64,000 nucleotides of DNA from positions 9,436 through 73,435 of IMG/VR virus record IMGVR_UViG_3300027370_000003, one strand, 5' to 3'. Under the pieces are notes generated by a model. It saw only the letters and a list, made by a program, of their open reading frames with translations. It ran no database searches and was not told where the DNA came from. Shown one piece after another: positions 37,413-46,321 of this stretch (position 1 is its first letter; every line of letters begins with the position of its first letter). The translations under genes were made by a program, and so were the position numbers. Origin of the DNA: a virus.

Positions 37413-39325
37413 AAGCCGCCGGAATCCTTTTCGTTTCGATGAACGGCAACGCGCTCTTCCTGCGCCGGACCGCGAGCGCACCCGATTGTGCGGCGTGCTG
37501 GGATTTCCCCGGCGGCGGCCAAGAAGGCGAAGAGACGGCCGAACAGACCGCCATCCGCGAGACCCGCGAGGAGATCGGCCACGTCCCTGACGGCATCCGA
37601 ATACTGCACACCCGAACCCGATCCGGCTCCGCGCTGCAAGGCGTGGCTGGTCCCGGCGCGTCGCCGCTTGGCAACCCTGTTGACGGCGGCGCGCCGACGG
37701 CCCCTTCGATCATTCCGGCGATGCCGGTCGATGTGGATTACACGACGTTCCTGCAAAAAGTGACGAACGAGTTTGTCCCGGAGCTCAACGACGAGCACGA
37801 CGGCTACGCCTGGTCGCCGATCACGGCGCCGCCCGAGCCGCTGCATCCGGGGTGTCGCATCGCGCTCGACCGTCTGTCGATGGACGAACTCGCCGTCGCG
37901 CGCGCCATTTCCGAAGGTCGGCTGACGTCGCCGCAACGCTACGAGAACGTCACTTTGTGGGCGATTCGCATCACCGGGACGGGCGCTTCGTATCGGCCGA
38001 AGGTCAACGAGTTCGTCTTTCGCGACCCTACCGACCACATCAATCCCGACGCACTGGCCCGCTGCAACGGCCTGCCGGTTATCTTCAAACACCCCGCCAA
38101 GGCGCTCCTGAACAGCGAGGAGTTTGCTAATCGTATTGTGGGGACCATTTTTTTGCCGTATGTTGCCGGCGATGAGGTCTGGGGCATCGCCAAAATCTAC
38201 GACGATGAAACCAACCGGCTTTTAGACGAGGAGAACCTTTCCACTTCCCCCGGCGTGAACTTCAAGGACTTCAAGGTCAATCGAAGTCTGCGCATGGAGG
38301 ACGGTTCGAAGGTTCTCATCGAAGGCAAACCGAGTCTCGTCGACCACGTCGCGATCTGCGAGTTGGGCGTCTGGGACAAGGGCGGCGACCCGAGCGGCAT
38401 TCGTTCCGAATCACGAGAGGACACAGCGATGGCTGACGAAGACGAGAAGGAAAAGAAAGCCAAGGAAGACGCCGCGAAGGCCGATGCAGCCAAAAAGGAT
38501 GCCGAAGAGGCCGAGAAGAAGGCCAAGGAAGACGCCGCCCGCAAGGACGCGGACGCCGGAAAGTCCCTCGACGAAAAGCTCTCCCACGTTCTTGACGCCG
38601 TCACCGGTTGCATGGACGCCGTGAAGCGGGTCGACGCCCGGATGGACGCGATGGACGAGGAGAAGAAAAAAGCCGACGCGGCCAAGAAGGACGAGTTCCC
38701 CGACAAAGAGGCCGAAAAGACCGCCGCCGATAAGGCGAAGAAGGACGCGGCCGACAAGGAGGAGGAGGAAAAAAAGAAGGCCGATGCCGCCAAGAAAGAC
38801 GAAGAGGACAAGGCGAAAACCGACTCCGCTGGGCTGGGTGATCGGATCGCCGCCGTCGAGCGCGCCGTCAAGGCGACCGACGCGAAGATCACCCCGATCC
38901 CGGACGACGACCATTCCCGCCTCGCCGACGCTTGGGCGATCGCGGACGACGCCTGCCGGGCGCTCGGCATGAACGGTCCCCGCGCCATGCCGGGCGAGAC
39001 CTCCGCGCAGTTCCGGCGCCGGGTGGTCAAGCTGCTCAAGCCGCACAGCGCGACCTGGAAGGACGTCGACATCGCCACGGCCGCCTACGCAGACGAAGCG
39101 ATGTTCGCCGTGGTCGAGAAACAGGTCCTCACCGATGCCGCGAGGGCCGCGCGCGACCCAGCCAACGTCGCCGGCGACAAGCTCCGGATGATCGAGCGCA
39201 AGAACGATGGCCACACGATCCGCGAGTTCGTGGGCCAGCCGAGGACTTGGATGAACGACTTTGCCGGGCCGATCCAACTACGGGGCGAAGGCAAGTTTCT
39301 TCACGAGAACCTCGGCAAGAACTGA
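37409..39325 (+). CDS. Nudix hydrolase - DUF2213 prohead protease - scaffold fusion
   Basis: Intact Nudix box GGQEGEETAEQTAIRETREEIG; AIRITGTG...STSPG...DHVAIC..GVWDKGG; D/K/A/E-rich scaffold repeats. Confidence 0.9.
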   Translation: MKAAGILFVSMNGNALFLRRTASAPDCAACWDFPGGGQEGEETAEQTAIRETREEIGHVPDGIRILHTRTRSGSALQGVAGPGASPLGNPVDGGAPTAPSIIPAMPVDVDYTTFLQKVTNEFVPELNDEHDGYAWSPITAPPEPLHPGCRIALDRLSMDELAVARAISEGRLTSPQRYENVTLWAIRITGTGASYRPKVNEFVFRDPTDHINPDALARCNGLPVIFKHPAKALLNSEEFANRIVGTIFLPYVAGDEVWGIAKIYDDETNRLLDEENLSTSPGVNFKDFKVNRSLRMEDGSKVLIEGKPSLVDHVAICELGVWDKGGDPSGIRSESREDTAMADEDEKEKKAKEDAAKADAAKKDAEEAEKKAKEDAARKDADAGKSLDEKLSHVLDAVTGCMDAVKRVDARMDAMDEEKKKADAAKKDEFPDKEAEKTAADKAKKDAADKEEEEKKKADAAKKDEEDKAKTDSAGLGDRIAAVERAVKATDAKITPIPDDDHSRLADAWAIADDACRALGMNGPRAMPGETSAQFRRRVVKLLKPHSATWKDVDIATAAYADEAMFAVVEKQVLTDAARAARDPANVAGDKLRMIERKNDGHTIREFVGQPRTWMNDFAGPIQLRGEGKFLHENLGKN

Positions 39326-39375
39326 CATCCGCTCAACAGGGTCCCGAAGGCTAGAGAACACTTTAGGAGAACCAG

Positions 39376-40278
39376 ATGGTCGCGTCCGTCACCTTCCAGC
39401 CCTACGTCCAGAGCGGCGGCAATACTGGGCTTTTCAACGTTCAGTCCAGCGGCTATCGGCAGGGCACGGCTATGCCCGATCCTTCCACGCGCTACCGCCT
39501 TCGCGGTGCGCTTCTGGCGACGACCGAAACGCTTCCGATGTGGGGCGGTGTCGGTGTCTATGCCAACGTCCCCGGCGGCGGCTATCCCGGCACTCAAGGC
39601 GTTCCTGGTTCCCCGAGCGGATCGCTCGGGCCCATCGTCGGCCGCGCGACGGCGCTGACGGGCACGTTCAAACTCGCCGGCTTCTCGGTCACCGACGAAG
39701 CCTATGGCATGATCACGTCGCCGCAGTCTCCGGTCCCCCTCGCGGGCTCCGGGATGCAGGTCAACTACTATCCGCTCGGTTCGCTGGCGCGTATCGTTGT
39801 TGCCTGCGACCCCGGCTTGGTTTCACTCCGCGGCGGCACGACCTACCAGCCGGCGGTCGCATGGGATTTCACGAACCAGCTTCTTGTCCCCGAACTCGGA
39901 ACGCTGGTGATCTCGTCCGGCACCTACGTCTCCGCCACCGGCGTGATCACGCTGACGATGGCGGTCGCTCCGACCTTCAGCCCCGGCGACTCGCTCACTC
40001 TTGCATCGCTCACCGGCACCGGCGCTTTTGCCACGCTCGACGGCACCTGGACGGTTCTGACCGTTGTCGGTTCCGTGGTCACTTTGCAGGGTCCGGTTGC
40101 TGCCGGCGCGGCGACCATCACCGGCGGCAACGCCACGGTCGGCGGCGTCGCAAGCGCAGCCCTTCCGGTCAATGTCCTCGACATCAACCCATCGAACTCG
40201 GAGACGGTCGTCTACAACGCGACGACGGGGTTTGCGACGTACAACTTTTCGGGGGCGTGTGCCCTTATCCAGATCTGA
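39376..40278 (+). CDS. capsid cement/decoration protein with inserted beta-module
   Basis: ETLPMWGGVG...PQSPVP...GSLARI...WDFTNQ; position before MCP. Confidence 0.8.
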   Translation: MVASVTFQPYVQSGGNTGLFNVQSSGYRQGTAMPDPSTRYRLRGALLATTETLPMWGGVGVYANVPGGGYPGTQGVPGSPSGSLGPIVGRATALTGTFKLAGFSVTDEAYGMITSPQSPVPLAGSGMQVNYYPLGSLARIVVACDPGLVSLRGGTTYQPAVAWDFTNQLLVPELGTLVISSGTYVSATGVITLTMAVAPTFSPGDSLTLASLTGTGAFATLDGTWTVLTVVGSVVTLQGPVAAGAATITGGNATVGGVASAALPVNVLDINPSNSETVVYNATTGFATYNFSGACALIQI

Positions 40279-40331
40279 TTCGGAAAACTGAAAACGCGAA
40301 AGTCTCGCGATCAAAACGAGGAGAATGAAAA

Positions 40332-41351
40332 GTGATCCAGGCCCACGCGTATGTCACATTGAACCCCTCGTTCATCGAGCCGGAGTTTCTCATCCAGTAC
40401 AGCCAAGCGTCGGGGTTCATCGACCTCCTCGCTGAAGGTCAGATGCGGGTTCGGCTCTCGGAGGACGATCTGATCGTCTACATGAAGCAGATGAACTTCC
40501 GGTCGAAGATAGCGGCCAATACCGCCGGCTCGCAGGAACTTCCGGGCGTCGACATCGCGACCTCGATGATCTCGGCTCCGACCTATCTGCTTCAGGTCCG
40601 CAACCAGTACAATCACCACGACGTCGCCGCCGGCTCCCGGTGGGGCTTCGCGGTGCCGGAGGCCTACCGTCTCGGTGGCCGGCAAGCGAACTACCAGCTC
40701 GCCCGCGACGCTTGCCTTTTCGGCATGAACCCGCAGAACGGCGAAGGTATTATCAACGCGCCGGGCGCGACCGCCATCAACCTGCCGCCGGACACGTTTG
40801 GTAACTCGACGGTCGTGACCTACGACAACGGGCAGTTTGCCTTCCTGATTGCGCAGCTCGTTTTGAATATCAAGTCGCGGACCTACCAGCTTGGTCTCGG
40901 CAAGAAGATCACGATCCTTGGGCCGCAGCGTACGCTCGGCTTGTTCGAGTACAACATCGTCCAGCTTGTCCAGTATCAGCGCCCGGGCGCCGGCACGACG
41001 TCGACCGCCGGAACCATCAAGGAAATCTTGATGGCGAACGGCGACACACTGATCTGGGCCTACGACGATACGCTGATCGGCGCCGGCGCTGGCGGGACGG
41101 ACGCGATCATCATCTGTATGCCCGAGGTCGACAAGCCGAAGGGCGACCAGCCGGTCAACACGAACATCTTCGCCAGCCTGCTTCCCGGCTCGAAGGTTTG
41201 CCTGACGCAATATTGCGACATGGCAGCCCCGCGTGAGATCGTATCGCCGATGGCCGGCGGCGCGACGGACTTCCTGCAGGAATGGAGAATAAGTTCAGGC
41301 TGGGCAGTACGTTCGGCTGCGCTCACGATTTTGAGTGCCCAGTACCAATAA
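40332..41351 (+). CDS. major capsid protein (DUF2184-like)
   Basis: 339 aa, position after protease/cement; IQYSQASG...AAPREI...SSGWAVR. Confidence 0.85.
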   Translation: MIQAHAYVTLNPSFIEPEFLIQYSQASGFIDLLAEGQMRVRLSEDDLIVYMKQMNFRSKIAANTAGSQELPGVDIATSMISAPTYLLQVRNQYNHHDVAAGSRWGFAVPEAYRLGGRQANYQLARDACLFGMNPQNGEGIINAPGATAINLPPDTFGNSTVVTYDNGQFAFLIAQLVLNIKSRTYQLGLGKKITILGPQRTLGLFEYNIVQLVQYQRPGAGTTSTAGTIKEILMANGDTLIWAYDDTLIGAGAGGTDAIIICMPEVDKPKGDQPVNTNIFASLLPGSKVCLTQYCDMAAPREIVSPMAGGATDFLQEWRISSGWAVRSAALTILSAQYQ

Positions 41352-41375
41352 ACCCCGCCGCAAACTAAAGCCGGA

Positions 41376-41408
41376 GGGGAGTGGGCGATTCTAGATAGCC
41401 CACTCCCC
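41376..41408 (+). other. 11-bp perfect hairpin after MCP (mRNA stabiliser or partial terminator)
   Basis: GGGGAGTGGGC-N11-GCCCACTCCCC with no immediate U-tract. Confidence 0.65.
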
Positions 41409-41453
41409 CGAGGCGTGCAGGGGTCGCTTTTTCAACAGGGAAACGAAAACACC

Positions 41454-42035
41454 ATGGCGAAGCTGTACATTTCGAACGTCTCGCGGCAAGAGCAGATCGT
41501 TTGCTATCGGCTGGACTACGGCAAAGACGGCGAGCTGAAAGACACCAATCGCCGATTTGAGCCCGCGAAGCAGCAGCCGATTCCGCCTGGTCGACAGGTC
41601 ATGATCGGCGGCGACATGCACATGCGCCAGATCGAGGACATCGTCGAGCAACTCAAGCCCTATGGCCTGATTGGCGCGCTTGATGCGCCGCGGCAGCACA
41701 GAGTTGCGACGCTGGTATTCAATATCGTCAACCCGGTCCCGACGAAGGTGATGGAAAGCGTCCGTGATACAAACGCGGAGCTGCAAACCGCTGAAGGCAT
41801 TGAACGTCGCAAGAAGGCTGCTGTAGCGACGAATGAGATGGTCCAAAGCGCGGTTGCAAGCCAATTCCTCGAAAAGGGAATCCCGGACGAGCCGGCCGAC
41901 AAGACGATCATCACATTCGAGCAGCAGGAACAGAGCGACGCCGGGGAGAAGACCATCGCGGAGGGCTACCGCGTCGAGGCCGGCGCCGCCGCCCCGCCGA
42001 AGAACAAGGGCGGCCGTCCGCGCAAGATTCGGTGA
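41454..42035 (+). CDS. head-associated structural protein
   Basis: Position after MCP; CAACAGGGAA before ATG. Confidence 0.6.
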   Translation: MAKLYISNVSRQEQIVCYRLDYGKDGELKDTNRRFEPAKQQPIPPGRQVMIGGDMHMRQIEDIVEQLKPYGLIGALDAPRQHRVATLVFNIVNPVPTKVMESVRDTNAELQTAEGIERRKKAAVATNEMVQSAVASQFLEKGIPDEPADKTIITFEQQEQSDAGEKTIAEGYRVEAGAAAPPKNKGGRPRKIR

Positions 42036-42038
42036 GCG

Positions 42039-42581
42039 ATGACGGCCCCGCAGCCGACGCTCGCTGGTTTTCAGGATTTCATCGTCAACACGATGCAGAT
42101 CAGCACGACGGTCCTACCGTCGAGCTCGCCGGTCATCCCGTTTGCGCTTTCCGTTGCGATGGGAATCGTTAACCAGCAGCTATGGTGCATCCCTATCCCG
42201 AACACCGATGCGGCGGGCGTCCAACTTAATACTGGCGGGTTTTCGATCTACTCGCTGGCGGTCTACAATCTCGCAGGATCGAACCTGCTGTCCTACGCGC
42301 AAGACCTACCGAACGCGGCTATCATCCCTGGTAGTGTGAGCGACCGATACCCGAAGGGGCTTCCGTTCTTCGCCTATTCTCGGCTGCAATGGCAGATCAA
42401 CGCCTTTGTCTCAGGCGTTGTTCAATCGACGGCCGACGAATCGACTTCGATGTCGCTGGTCGTCCAAGATGCGGCGAAGAACTTTACCCTTGCCAACCTT
42501 CAAGCCTTGAAAGACCCGTGGGGTCGGCAGTACCTTTCGCTGGCCCAAAGTTACGGACCATCGACGTTCGGCATCAGTTAA
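42039..42581 (+). CDS. head-tail adaptor (DUF4054-like)
   Basis: YSLAVYNLAG..L..YAQD...STADESTS...LKDPWGRQYL. Confidence 0.8.
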   Translation: MTAPQPTLAGFQDFIVNTMQISTTVLPSSSPVIPFALSVAMGIVNQQLWCIPIPNTDAAGVQLNTGGFSIYSLAVYNLAGSNLLSYAQDLPNAAIIPGSVSDRYPKGLPFFAYSRLQWQINAFVSGVVQSTADESTSMSLVVQDAAKNFTLANLQALKDPWGRQYLSLAQSYGPSTFGIS

Positions 42582-42590
42582 GGAACCGCT

Positions 42591-42881
42591 ATGACCGCGA
42601 CATCATTCGGCAGCGCCGGACTCGTCAATACGCAGCTCAACATCAACCAGCCGATGGTCCTAAAGACCTCGGCAGGAGGGGTTCTAACGGTGAACGTCAC
42701 GGTCGCTGGGTCGACCGCTGGCGCCATCTATGACTCGCCAACCACAGGCGGAAACGGGACCGGCAGTCTCATCGCGACGCTGCCGAATACGGTTGGTCCG
42801 ATTAACATCTCGTTCCCCTGCCAGACCGGCATTACGGTCGTCCCGGGCTCGGGGCAATGCGTTTCTGTCGTCTACCAATAG
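42591..42881 (+). CDS. small beta-rich virion protein, paralogue of 48243-48542
   Basis: LNINQP...IYDS...GI...PG.GQ..SVVY shared. Confidence 0.7.
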   Translation: MTATSFGSAGLVNTQLNINQPMVLKTSAGGVLTVNVTVAGSTAGAIYDSPTTGGNGTGSLIATLPNTVGPINISFPCQTGITVVPGSGQCVSVVYQ

Positions 42882-42891
42882 GCGGGTAGCG

Positions 42892-42936
42892 ATGCCCATA
42901 CTTCACCTCGGAGTAATTGACCGAATCGCGCTATAA
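42892..42936 (+). pseudogene. orphaned original N-terminus (MPILHLGVID) of the 43750 gene
   Basis: Encodes LHLGV.D like 43750 MILHLGVQD, separated from it by the GIY-YIG gene. Confidence 0.7.
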
Positions 42937-42943
42937 TTGGCCT

Positions 42944-43753
42944 ATGGGGCTGATTTATTACGGCTATCTGCACGCGCGTCCAGACGGCTCAATCTTTTAT
43001 GTCGGAAAGGGCAAAGGGCGCCGTGCTTGGGACTTCTCCCCCAAGCACCGTTCACCGCGCCATCGCGAGATCATGCGCGAATATGGGGTCTCGACTATCC
43101 AAGTCAGTCTAATTTACGCTGAAACGGAAACTGAAGCGTTCGCTATTGAGCGGGAGTGGATCTCATCGCTTCAGAGAGCTGGTATTCGGCTCATAAATCT
43201 AACTGAGGGCGGAGAAGGAGTTCCTTTGACGCCAGAGATGATTAAACAGCGTGCTGCTACTCTAAGAGCAACCAATTTGTTACCAGAGGTAAAGCGGCGG
43301 CGCAGCAAAACGATAAGCCTCAGGTATCAGGACCCGGAATACAAAGAGCGGTTTGACGTTCTCATGGCAACCGTTGCACGTCGCCCTGATGTTTTGCCAA
43401 AAAAGCAAGCGGCTATTGAACGTGTTCGTGCTGACCCGGAAATTGAGACGCGTCGAATTAAATCAATGAAATTGGCATTCAGTAAGCCGGAATATAGAGA
43501 ACTAAAACGCCAGATCTCCCTTAAAGGTGGCAATAGACCGCCGACCTATCATGGAGGTGATCATCCAATGGCGAAAAAAGTGATCTGCATCGAAACGGGA
43601 ACGATCTTTCCGACTGTGAGGGCCGCGATAGCGTGGTTGAAGGCAAACGGGTCATCGCGCAAAGCGGAGCCATGTGCTATTGTCGCAGCCTGCCGTGGCC
43701 GTCAAAAATCGGCTTATAAATTTCATTGGAAATATGTGAAGCCCGTCAAATGA
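42944..43753 (+). CDS. GIY-YIG homing endonuclease with NUMOD1-like C-terminus
   Basis: YYGYLH...FYVGKGKGRRA...EAFAIERE...NLTEGGEG; AKKVICIETGTIF. Confidence 0.9.
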   Translation: MGLIYYGYLHARPDGSIFYVGKGKGRRAWDFSPKHRSPRHREIMREYGVSTIQVSLIYAETETEAFAIEREWISSLQRAGIRLINLTEGGEGVPLTPEMIKQRAATLRATNLLPEVKRRRSKTISLRYQDPEYKERFDVLMATVARRPDVLPKKQAAIERVRADPEIETRRIKSMKLAFSKPEYRELKRQISLKGGNRPPTYHGGDHPMAKKVICIETGTIFPTVRAAIAWLKANGSSRKAEPCAIVAACRGRQKSAYKFHWKYVKPVK

Positions 43754-44256
43754 TTTTGCATTTAGGTGTCCAGGACATTTTGTACCAACCTCCGCAGCCG
43801 ACGGGACCACAGCGCAAGGCTCCGAAGCGCGTCCCGAAGAAGCCGCGCGCGAAGATTCATAAGCGGTGGGCGGCGAAGTATCAGAACATCACGACGGGCG
43901 ACGTCGCGGAAATCCTCGAAGCGAAGTACCACATCTTCGAGATTTTCTACCGCGAACACGAGCAGGACGTGGCGAACGACGTGACCGACTCGATGCGAGG
44001 CGCGGTCGAAAGCTATCTCATGGGCGCGCCGCTGAACCTCAACCCGTTCGGCTCGGCGACGTCGTCGATTGAAAATCGGATGAAGCAGTTCTTGGCGAAC
44101 AGCGAGATGGAGAAGATCGGTTTCCCCGGCGTGCCGACGCAGGCCGCGATCGAAGGGATCAGCCACCGTTTCAAAAACCCGCGGACCGGCGTCCGGCGCC
44201 CGAGTTTCGTGGACACTGGATTATATTTGGCTAGTATGACCGCATGGGTCGATTAG
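43750..44256 (+). CDS. tail-completion/neck protein
   Basis: LHLGV...TTGDVAEILEAKY...PTQAA..G...RPSFVDTGLY. Confidence 0.75.
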   Translation: MILHLGVQDILYQPPQPTGPQRKAPKRVPKKPRAKIHKRWAAKYQNITTGDVAEILEAKYHIFEIFYREHEQDVANDVTDSMRGAVESYLMGAPLNLNPFGSATSSIENRMKQFLANSEMEKIGFPGVPTQAAIEGISHRFKNPRTGVRRPSFVDTGLYLASMTAWVD

Positions 44257-44891
44257 CCTACGTCTACATCGTCTTTCGGCCGAATGGCGTCCCGCTTTAT
44301 GTCGGCAAAGGCTCTGGCGAACGTCTAGGCCGCCACGCTGCGCGTGCGCAATCAAACCCGCACTATGGCGCAGTTCTGAAACAAGCTGGTGGAAAGTTGC
44401 CCGTCGCTGTCGTCGCTCGTGGGTTAACAGACCGCGAAGCCTATGCGCTCGAAAAACTTCTCACATGGGCTATTGGCATCGAATCGGAAGGTGGACCACT
44501 CGTGAACTGCGGCCACGGGGGCCATGGAGGGCCGTCCGGTGTTAAGAGATCGAAGGAGTTTCGCGCTAATCGACGAGTCAAGGCGATCGAGGCGTGGCAA
44601 GACGAAACGTTTCGGGCGAAGATGCTTCGGCCAGATCGCCTCCGGTACCGAAACACGAGCCCCAGATCGGAAGCATTCAAGGCCGCCGTATCCAAAACGA
44701 TGATGGGGAATACTCATACGCTCGGGTTTAATCATTCCGAGGAATCGAAAGCTTTGATGAGGGAGAGGTGGGCTGATCCGGAATGGAGAGAGCGTGAGAT
44801 GGAGCGCCGTCGGTTAGAGCAGGACTATTCGGGAAATGCCAAAAAGGGTTGGGTAACGCGAAAAGCAAATATCGCCAAGAGGAACGCATAA
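44244..44891 (+). CDS. GIY-YIG homing endonuclease
   Basis: YVYIVFRPNGVPLYVGKG...EAYALEK...GPLVN..HGG; NUMOD3-like tail. Confidence 0.88.
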   Translation: MGRLAYVYIVFRPNGVPLYVGKGSGERLGRHAARAQSNPHYGAVLKQAGGKLPVAVVARGLTDREAYALEKLLTWAIGIESEGGPLVNCGHGGHGGPSGVKRSKEFRANRRVKAIEAWQDETFRAKMLRPDRLRYRNTSPRSEAFKAAVSKTMMGNTHTLGFNHSEESKALMRERWADPEWREREMERRRLEQDYSGNAKKGWVTRKANIAKRNA

Positions 44892-45922
44892 TGGCCGGCG
44901 CACAGGAAGCCCTCACCGCGAAGAACCCTATGGCGGCCGACTTGGCTGCTGGCGTCGAGGCCTTATCGCGCGTCCAAGAAATCACGTTCACCAAATATAT
45001 CCGTCTTGTTCTTCCCCTCGATGGCTACGTTTTCTTTGTGAATGCTGCAATCGTCAGCCGGTCCGCACTCGCCAACTCGGCCCTCGTTAACAAGGTGCGG
45101 CCGGACCAATTTCCCGAGACGGTAGCCGACGCTCCGACGTTCAACGCCAAGGGCTCGCTGCACTACGCGACGGACCTGCGCCAGGAGGCCGGGGAATATT
45201 ACGGCGCCGAACGCATGGTCTTCACGGCCGAGGAGCCGGTGAACGATCTCTCGGCCATCGCGCCGGGCACGCTCTGGATTGGCGAGTTTGAAGGCAAACG
45301 TTTCGCGTTCTCGAGCCGGTCGTCATTCTACATGCAAGCCGATCTTTTCCATTACGTCGGATTTGCAGTTTATCCCGATATGGAGACGCAGATCATCGAC
45401 AATCTGTCGGGCTTCGACTCAACGAACGTTATCGTCTCGAACAGCCTCCCGGCGTGGCTGGCGCTCAACGGCCGCAACCCGGTCTACGGGTTCAATACGC
45501 TCGGGGTCACGCTCTTCCCGTCTTTCCTCTCCCCGCAGAACGAGCCGCCGCCGTTCGGAACGGTCGACATTCCGCCGGAGTCGACCGAGGCGCTGGCATC
45601 GGCACCGACGATTGACCCGGCAACCTCGACGCACGTCCAGCTTTGCGCGGAAACGGTCAAGATCACGCTGTGGGGAACGCGCAATTTCAGGGCGCTCGAT
45701 TTTGTCGATGCCGTCTATCAGTACAGTTCCGACTTTGAGCCGTTCGGAATTATGAACATGCCGGTGGTGCAGGACGAAAAACGGACGCAAGCCGAACTCG
45801 GGACCATTGCGATGAAGAAGTCCGTGACTTTCAAGGTGAGTTATTTACAGAACCGCATAAACGACATCGCGCGGCAGTACATCACCAGCGCAATCCCGAG
45901 TTTTTACATCGGGTCGTCCTAA
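44891..45922 (+). CDS. neck/tail structural protein
   Basis: Position before sheath; LPLDGYVFFV...GSLHY...FAFS conserved pattern. Confidence 0.7.
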   Translation: MAGAQEALTAKNPMAADLAAGVEALSRVQEITFTKYIRLVLPLDGYVFFVNAAIVSRSALANSALVNKVRPDQFPETVADAPTFNAKGSLHYATDLRQEAGEYYGAERMVFTAEEPVNDLSAIAPGTLWIGEFEGKRFAFSSRSSFYMQADLFHYVGFAVYPDMETQIIDNLSGFDSTNVIVSNSLPAWLALNGRNPVYGFNTLGVTLFPSFLSPQNEPPPFGTVDIPPESTEALASAPTIDPATSTHVQLCAETVKITLWGTRNFRALDFVDAVYQYSSDFEPFGIMNMPVVQDEKRTQAELGTIAMKKSVTFKVSYLQNRINDIARQYITSAIPSFYIGSS

Positions 45923-45939
45923 CGTCTTTTGTAAAGTGA

Positions 45940-46016
45940 TGGTGCCAGCGGCACGGATTCGAACCTGCGACCTGAGCCTTACAAGGACCCTGCTCTACCA
46001 TCTGAGCTACGCCGGC
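45940..46016 (-). tRNA. tRNA-Thr(UGU)
   Basis: Cloverleaf GCCGGCGTAGCTCAGATGGTAGAGC...CTTGTAA...GTTCGAATCC...GGCACCA; CCA encoded. Confidence 0.95.
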
Positions 46017-46028
46017 GTATTGTGGTTT

Positions 46029-46106
46029 TGGTCTGGGCGGCCGGATTTGAACCAGCGACCTCCTGATTCCAAGTCAGGCACTCTAACCAAGCTGAGCTAC
46101 GCCCAG
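46029..46106 (-). tRNA. tRNA-Pro(UGG)
   Basis: CTGGGCGTAGCTCAGCTTGGTTAGAG...CTTGGAA...GTTCAAATCC...CAGACCA. Confidence 0.95.
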
Positions 46107-46145
46107 ATGCGCCCTACCGCGCTGGCGTCGTCGGTGTAGGGTAGC

Positions 46146-46219
46146 TGGCGGCCCTGCATGGATTTGAACCACGATCTCGGCGTTCAAAGCGCCGCGTCCT
46201 GCCGTTGAACGACAGGGCC
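46146..46219 (-). tRNA. tRNA-Gln(UUG)
   Basis: GGCCCTGTCGTTCAACGGCAGGAC...CTTTGAA...GTTCAAATCC...GGCCGCCA. Confidence 0.93.
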
Positions 46220-46321
46220 GCGCTTCGTTGCTGGTCGGTGGCGATCATGGTGCGGGCCGGATAGCACCTATCCTTGAACGTAGCAACCGCCCACGGTATT
46301 GTGGCCGAAGGGGTTGCCGTC

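Noticed and set aside
38410-38830. Repetitive DNA (GACGCCGCCAAGAAGGAC-like)
   Set aside because: Reflects low-complexity DAAKKD scaffold coiled-coil coding, not a DNA repeat array.
42917-42937. TTGACC...TATAAT as a canonical promoter for the GIY-YIG
   Set aside because: Spacer is only 9 nt; TATAAT may still serve a leaderless start, but the -35 assignment is not supportable.
46248-46300. Fourth tRNA on minus strand (ends GGCCCGCACCA)
   Set aside because: Only a CCA-like end and one hairpin; no D or anticodon arm and no matching acceptor 5' strand. Could be a tRNA 3' remnant, but cannot be supported as attP.
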